Assembly: GCA_965221855.1 (NCBI GenBank) | Contig: CBDCSV010000010.1 | Coordinates: 131,650 to 195,649, forward strand | Source of the DNA: Rhodospirillales bacterium | Lineage (GTDB): Bacteria > Pseudomonadota > Alphaproteobacteria > Rhodospirillales > UBA2165 | Length of the DNA: 64,000 bases | Direction of reading: 5' to 3' | Shown: piece by piece, positions 57,923 through 64,000 of the stretch | Numbering within the stretch: position 1 is the stretch's first letter | Layout of the letters: every line of letters starts with the position of its first letter | The notes under the pieces: model-generated | Database searches by the model: none | What the model was told of the DNA's origin: nothing | What the model saw: only the letters and a program-made list of their open reading frames with translations | Made by a program: the position numbers and the translations under genes

Positions 57923-58050
57923 GGTGCCCGGGCGGACCCGGCGGCCGTCCGTGGCGGCCCTGAAGCCTGAATTCCGGCAGAGCGTACTTTCTTGCATAAC
58001 GTATATTATATGATACATTGAACCGAATAAAGTATTATAAAGTATGCATT

Positions 58051-58353
58051 ATGAAGGCGAAAGTTAGAACAAGCCCGGCGACAAAGCGAGAGTTGCGTAT
58101 CCTTGGCTCAAAAATCCGGGAAGCGCGGCTGCGCAGACATTTGCCCCAAAAACTGGTGGCGGAGAGAGCTTCCGTCAGCCGGTTGACGTTGACGCGTATA
58201 GAACGCGGCGACCCGAGCGTTAGCGCCGGGGCGTACGCCATGGCGCTTCAAGCGCTGGGAATTTTGGATGGCTGGGCCGATATCGACGACCGGCTTGGAA
58301 ATCGGCTGGCCGAAGAGCAATCGCGAAAGCGCGCACCGCGACGGCAATCATGA
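58051..58353 (+). CDS. XRE/HipB-like HTH antitoxin
   Basis: IREARLRRHLPQKLVAERASVSRLTLTRIERG; ATGA overlap with hipA. Confidence 0.82.
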   Translation: MKAKVRTSPATKRELRILGSKIREARLRRHLPQKLVAERASVSRLTLTRIERGDPSVSAGAYAMALQALGILDGWADIDDRLGNRLAEEQSRKRAPRRQS

Positions 58354-59594
58354 CCGTAGAAGTCCACTTGGACGCATACGGGACCCTCAAAAAGATCGGA
58401 ATTCTGCGTCGGCACCCGGGGGCAGGCAGGGAGCGGGTCACCTACGAACACGACGCCGCGTGGCTGGCGTCGCCGGAAGCATTCGAGTTCGACCGGACAC
58501 TCCCCCTTCAATCCGGACCGCTCCACCCCGGCGCGAATAGAGAAATGTTCGGTACGTTGGGAGACAGTGCGCCGGACAGCTGGGGCCGCCGGCTGATGTT
58601 AAAGAGGGAAAACAGACTGGCCGAGCAGGAAGGGCGGACGCGGCGCAGACTGCACGAAACGGACTACCTGCTGGGAGTAACAGACCATACGCGGCTGGGC
58701 GCCCTTCGTTTCTCGGTCGATGGAGTCTTCCAGGCCCCCCAAACGCAAGGCGTTCCGACAACCGTCGCGCTCGGCGATCTTCTCGAAGCGGCTCAACGAA
58801 TTGAACGAGGCGAGGAAACGAACGAAGACCTGCTTATGATATTCGCTCCGGGCTCATCGCTTGGCGGCGCGAGACCCAAGGCCTCCGTTTACGATCGACA
58901 CGGCAATCTCTCGATCGCCAAATTTCCTAAACCCTCCGACACATACTCGGTAACGAGGTGGGAGGCCATCGCACTCGATATGGCTTGCGCGGCCGGAATG
59001 TCGGTCCCCACTCACGATTTGACCGCCGCGGCCGGACGTACGGTCTTTCTTTCACGGCGGTTCGACCGCATTGGCCGCAACGGGCGGCAGGAAGACCGGC
59101 GCATACCGTTCATGTCCGCGATGGCAATGACACAACACGATGACGGCGATGACAACTGCAGCTATTTGGAGTTGATTGACGCGATCAACGCCTTGGGCGC
59201 CCATCCGGAACGGGACCGGCCGGAACTATTTCGCCGGATCGCGTTCACTGTTCTGATCTCCAACACCGATGACCACTTTCGAAACCACGGGTTTCTTTGG
59301 GCGATAAACGGCGGCTGGACGCTGAGTCCCGCGTACGACATAAATCCCGTTCCAAACAGCCCGCGCATACTGAGGACCAGAATTGATTTCGACGAGGCAA
59401 CCGCGTCGCTCGAGCTTCTCCGGTCCGTTCATGAGTTCTTCGTGCCGCGCGATACGGCGGAGGAAATCATCGATGAGTGCGCGCGGGTCGTGAAGCGGTG
59501 GCGCGATTTTGCGCGCGCGCGCCACGCCCCGGACGCCGAAATCGAGTTCATGAGTTCGGCGTTCGAGACCGACGATCTCCAATCGGCGACGTAG
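58350..59594 (+). CDS. hipA: HipA-family kinase toxin
   Basis: DSAPDSWG, GSSLGGARPKA, RRFDR, SNTDDHFRN, LSPAYD. Confidence 0.9.
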   Translation: MTVEVHLDAYGTLKKIGILRRHPGAGRERVTYEHDAAWLASPEAFEFDRTLPLQSGPLHPGANREMFGTLGDSAPDSWGRRLMLKRENRLAEQEGRTRRRLHETDYLLGVTDHTRLGALRFSVDGVFQAPQTQGVPTTVALGDLLEAAQRIERGEETNEDLLMIFAPGSSLGGARPKASVYDRHGNLSIAKFPKPSDTYSVTRWEAIALDMACAAGMSVPTHDLTAAAGRTVFLSRRFDRIGRNGRQEDRRIPFMSAMAMTQHDDGDDNCSYLELIDAINALGAHPERDRPELFRRIAFTVLISNTDDHFRNHGFLWAINGGWTLSPAYDINPVPNSPRILRTRIDFDEATASLELLRSVHEFFVPRDTAEEIIDECARVVKRWRDFARARHAPDAEIEFMSSAFETDDLQSAT

Positions 59595-59632
59595 CCCGCT
59601 CCAGCGAGAATCCCGTGAAAAGGCACATCGCC

Positions 59633-60686
59633 TAGAGCGTATTTGAGATTGATTGAATCATTTTAGGGATTCCCAAGTATGGGCGAACCATGATTCAAGA
59701 TGGATGCTGGGCAAGGAGGCCAGCATTCATGGCGAGACCTTATTCGATTGATTTGCGAGAGCGTGTTGTTTTGGCGGTTTTGGCGGGGGAGAGTTGCCGC
59801 GCTGTAGCGGCTCGGTTTGGGGTTGCGGTTTCGAGCGTGGTTAAGTGGTCGCAGCGCTACCGGCGGACGGGGAGTGTTGCGCCCGGCAAGATGGGCGGTC
59901 ACCGCCGCCGGGTTCTTGAGCCCCATCGGGAGTTCATTGTCGGCCGGATCGACCAGGAGCCGCATCTGACGCTGCATCGGTTGAGAGACGAGTTGGCCGC
60001 TCGGGGTGTCAGGGTATCCCACAGCACGGTATGGCTGTTTCTGCGCCGTGAAGGGCTGCGCTTTAAAAAAAACCCTGTTCGCCGTTGAACGGGCGCGCGC
60101 GGACATCGCCCGCCATCGCAGGCGCTGGAAGGCGTGGCAGGCAAAGCTTGATCCCGAACGGCTGGTATTCATTGATGAAACCTGGATCCGGACCAATATG
60201 GCCCCGCTGCGCGGCTGGGGGCCGAAAGGGGAGCGGGTCCGCGGCTTTGCCCCCCATGGGCGGTGGCACACCCTGACCTTCATCGGCGCGCTGCGCTGCG
60301 ACCGGTTCACCGCGCCCTGCGTCTTCGACGGCCCCATCAATGGCGTGTGCTTCCGCGCCTACGTCGAGCAGCTGCTCGTGCCGACCCTGGTGCCCGGCGA
60401 CATCGTCATCATGGACAATCTCGGCAGCCACAAGTCAAAAGCCGTGCGAAACGCCATCCGTGCCGCCGGAGCCAAGCTGTGGCTCCTGCCCAAATATTCC
60501 CCCGACCTCAATCCCATCGAGCAGACCTTTGCCCAAATCAAGCACTGGATGAGAAACGCCCAGAAGCGGGAGATCGACGACTTATGGCGCCATCTCGGGA
60601 GCCTCATCGACACCATCGAGCCACAGCAATGCGCCAACTACTTCAAAAACGCAGGATACGCTTCCGTCAAAATATGAAACGCTCTA
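59633..60686 (+). mobile_element. IS630-family element, copy 2
   Basis: Inverted twin of 32914-33967; CTAG at both ends; ORFs 59729-60088 and about 60063-60677. Confidence 0.93.
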
Positions 60687-60712
60687 GATCGGCGCCGGGC
60701 GCTGCGTCCTCC

Positions 60713-61854
60713 CTACGCGGGGAATGCGACCAGCAATGCCGATACGACGAAGACGGAGGCCACCGTGCTCACGACGATGATGCCGGACACCTGCTCCACG
60801 TAGACCTGCCGTTCCTGGGCTACGACGAAAGCGACGGCCGCCGTCGGCAGAGCCGACAGCAGAACGGCGGACGATGCCCAGAAAGGCTCCATGTCGAACA
60901 CGAAAGTCACGGCGATCCAGGTCAGCAGGGGATGGAGGCAGGGCAATCGCTTTTGGGGCCGTCGTGCCCGGCCGCAGGTCTGTTACACCCCGAAAGGACC
61001 TTGAAACAGCCATGACATGTCCCGCATCGTGCGCTCTCGAAGTGAACATAGCGTGAATTGCCGTCATCTACCCCACCGAAGCGGGGGCAGGCGACGGCAG
61101 ATTGGCATCGAAATCTTCAAAAGCGATTCCCCTGGGGATGGAGGCAGATTTTGATCGCGACGAAGGTGCCGATCTCACTGGGCCTCGCGCGAACCGTCCG
61201 GTTCACGAACGACATCCCGATCGCGAACAGCGCCGCCGGCCCCGCGGCGGAACCGAGCAAATCCAGGAACCGTGAGATCGGCGACGCCAGTTCGACGGCG
61301 TAGAAGCTGAACGGCAGCGCGATGATCGGCGCACTGACCAGGGGATTTTTCGCCAGCGCGGCAAGGACGTTCCAAACCGTCGGAAGAAGCGGCTGCCTCT
61401 CCTGTTCGTTCAGTTCGAGAAGCGCGATGGTGCCGCCGACAAAAACCGTGATGACGGCGACCGTGGCGACGATCGCCGGCGCCACGTTCTCCGGTCCGAA
61501 TGCCGTCAGGAAGAGCGGGATGCCGAGGTAGCCCGTATTGGCGAAGACGCCCGCCAGTGCGGAGAGGCCGACCACGGGGAGACGCTGGCCGAACAAGCAC
61601 CAGCCGGCGGCAATCGCGGCGATGTAGGTGACCAGCGACGCCCCCAGGATCGCACCGATGAACGGCCAGTTGAGAATGTCCGCGATCGGCGCCTGGGCGG
61701 TAAAGCCGAAGAGCAATGCCGGGAGAGCGAAATAGTAAACAAACCCGTTCAGGGCCCGGGCGGATTGGGGCCCCAGAAGCCCCGATCTGCCGGCCAGATA
61801 CCCGCACAAAATCAGCGCGAATACGGGAAAGGATACGTCCAGGAGGATCAACAA
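60713..61854 (-). pseudogene. AEC (auxin efflux carrier) family transporter split by a MITE
   Basis: N-part ...NTGYLGIPL...IKICLHP and C-part CLHPLLTW...LPTAAV rejoin in frame when 60939-61134 and one TSD are removed. Confidence 0.88.
60939..61134. mobile_element. 196-bp ISAs1-type MITE
   Basis: TIR CAGGGCAATCGCTTTT / AAAAGCGATTCCCCTG; exact 10-bp TSD GGGATGGAGG. Confidence 0.88.
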
Positions 61855-61980
61855 GGAACTATGGGTCCTTTAGAGATGGCCCGCTGAATCCAATTACCAG
61901 CGCAGATTCCCAAGGAAACCAGTTAGCAGTCCGAGGGGGCGCATCCAGCCTTGACCGTAGCGATCGCCTATGGCGGGAGT

Positions 61981-62055
61981 TGGCTGGGGCGCAGGGATTT
62001 GAACCCCAATTTTCCGGGTCAGAGCCGGACGTAATAGCCATTATACGACGCCCCA
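61981..62055 (-). tRNA. tRNA-Gln(CTG)
   Basis: TGGGGCG/CGCCCCA acceptor stem, TCCGG-CTCTGAC-CCGGA anticodon arm, TTCAAAT T-loop, encoded CCA. Confidence 0.92.
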
Positions 62056-62110
62056 GCGGGGGGCGTATGTTTACTCCAACCCGCCCCCCGAAAACAAGCG
62101 CCCGTTGGGG

Positions 62111-63390
62111 GGATTGGACTGGGGCGAGGGTTATCGCCCGCTTGGCCGCCAGGCGCTGGCCGAGATCATCGAGGGCCGGATGGCCGAGGCGGTGGATCGC
62201 TGGCTCGACGGCCTCGATGGCAGCGCTATGCGCGACCGGCGCAACGGCACCTACCGGCGTTGCCTGCTCAGCGAACTCGGCGACATCGAGCTCAACGTGC
62301 CGCGCACCCGGCACTTCTGCCCGACCGAGATCCTGCGCGGCTATGCAAGACGCGCCCCGGAGATCGACCGCGCCATCCTGGCCGGCTTCGTGCTGGGGCT
62401 CTCGACGCGCAAGGTCGGTGAGGTCCTGCTTGCCCTGCTCGGGCGCCCGGTCTCGGCCGCGACCGTGAGCCGGGTCGCCAAGACCCTGGACGCAACGGTC
62501 GCGGCTTTCCACCGCAGGCCGCTAAAGAACGTCTACAAGGCGCTGATGCTCGACGGCGTGGTGCTGGCCCGCAAGACCGGCGCCGGCGCGCTCCGCAGGC
62601 CGGTCCTTGTGGCGTTGGGCATACGGCACGACGGCAAGAAGGAGATTATCGACTTTTGTCTCTCAGGCAGCGAGAGCGCCGCCGAATGGGAGCGCTTCCT
62701 CACCGCGCTGCACCGCCGCGGCCTCACCGGCGAGGGCCTGGAGATGATCTGCGTCGATGGCGGCCAGGGCCTGCTCGCCGCCTTGCCGGTCGTCTATCAC
62801 GGCATCCCGGTCCAGAGATGCTGGGCGCACAAGATGCGCAACATCCTCGACAAGGTCCGCAAGACCGACCAGGAGGCCGTCAAGGCCGACGTCCACGACG
62901 TCATGAACGCAGACACTCGGCCAAAGGCGCTCAGCGCCGCCCGCCGCTTCGCCGACGCCTGGGAGCAGACCTACCCCAAGGCCGTCGCCTGCCTGCGCAA
63001 CGACCTCGACGACTTGCTCACCTGCTTCCGCTACAAGACCCTTGCCGAACGAAAGCAGGTCAGGACCACCAACGCCATCGAACGACGGTTCCGGGAGGTC
63101 CGGAGACGAACCCGGCCCATGGGAACCTTCCAGGACAAGACCTCAATGGACCGCATCCTCTTCGCGGTCTTCATTCACGAAAACAAGTCTCAGGGAATCA
63201 GTACCCCTCTCTCCCTGACACACAACTCTTGACGTTACCTGGTGACGTAAAAATTTATGTGTCAGTTGGGAATGGGGTACTCCCTGTGGTTTACGACAAC
63301 CGCAAGAAGGAGCACCCCGATGCCACAGCAAGCTGTAACGATTGAGAACCTACCACAAGCCTTTGAGGTGGTGAAGGAGATGCCGTTACC
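62111..63390 (+). mobile_element. Rearranged (circularly permuted) IS256-family element, diverged isoform
   Basis: IS nt 152-1280 (62111-63239), T, IS nt 1-143 (63241-63383), CGTTACC; transposase split. Confidence 0.82.
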
Positions 63391-63456
63391 TTGGGGGATA
63401 GGCCCCGGCCCCGATCCGGGCTATTCTCATGTGAGACGAATTCAGGGCACGGATCG

Positions 63457-64000
63457 ATGACTAACGGGGAGGACGGCGGAACAAGCCGCCCGAACAGAAA
63501 GACGCGGGCCAAAAACAAGGCCGGCGGGCCCGGCGGAACCGGACTGTATCGGCGGCGGCGCAAGCCGGCGAAAACCTATGGCGCGCTCGATCTCGGCACC
63601 AACAACTGCCGGCTGCTGATCGCCAAGCCGACTCTGGACGGCTTCCGGGTGGTGACCTCTTTTTCGCGGATCGTGCGCCTCGGCGAAGGAATGGCCGAGG
63701 ACGACCGGTTGTGCGAGGACGCCATGGAGCGGGCCATCGAGGCGCTCGGCGTCTGCGCCAGGAAACTCGAACAGTTCGACGTCGCCCGTGCCCGCAACAT
63801 CGCCACCGAAGCCTGCCGGCGGGCGGTCAACTGCGAGGACTTCATCGAACGCATCGAGAGCCGGACCGGGCTGAGGCTGGAAACCATTTCTTCCCGGGAA
63901 GAGGCGCGGCTGGCGCTGGCCGGCTGCAGAAGCCTGCTTGCCGACGATCCGCCCCACGCCCTGGTGTTCGATATCGGCGGCGGCTCCACCGAACTGGTCT
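63457..64000 (+). CDS. ppx: Ppx/GppA phosphatase, 5' part (runs off window end)
   Basis: Manual translation: YGALDLGTNNCRLLIAKP...SRIVRLGEG...IATEACRRA...FDIGGGSTEL. Confidence 0.9.
   Translation, partial: MTNGEDGGTSRPNRKTRAKNKAGGPGGTGLYRRRRKPAKTYGALDLGTNNCRLLIAKPTLDGFRVVTSFSRIVRLGEGMAEDDRLCEDAMERAIEALGVCARKLEQFDVARARNIATEACRRAVNCEDFIERIESRTGLRLETISSREEARLALAGCRSLLADDPPHALVFDIGGGSTELV

Noticed and set aside
57861-61981. tRNA-Gln-integrated genomic island
   Set aside because: No duplicate of the tRNA 3' end and no integrase found in the window

Overview
High-GC alphaproteobacterial chromosome segment, probably Rhodospirillales-like (inferred from ccrM, class II nrdJ, and the NDUFA12-mlaD-mlaD-DUF2155-aat block). 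It is mostly core genes (recJ, glpX, hom, alaC, gloB, thiS-thiG, aroQ, nrdJ, ccrM, rnhB, moaB, psd-pssA, tRNA-Gln, ppx), interrupted by many mobile elements (3 IS256-family, 2 IS630, ISAs1, IS4, two MITEs), composite REP-like repeats and three toxin-antitoxin modules. The strongest novel signal is at 16.6-23.3 kb. A Cre-type tyrosine recombinase (R-K-H-R-W-Y) is enclosed by two 34-bp 13-8-13 lox-like sites with identical spacers in inverted orientation. The left site contains the likely ribosome-binding site of an autotransporter gene, and a perfect TTGACA abuts the right site. This suggests a self-inverting Cre/lox-like ON/OFF switch for a surface protein (inference; not demonstrated). Other notable items: a tandem pair of suhB/MmgR-like sRNAs after nrdJ, a circularly permuted IS256 that retains an IRR-IRL junction, a HipBA islet flanked by a duplicated gene 3' end, repeated insertions at CTAG stop codons, and a decayed ompA/gamma-CA tandem duplication. 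All family assignments are from motif recognition only; no database searches were run.
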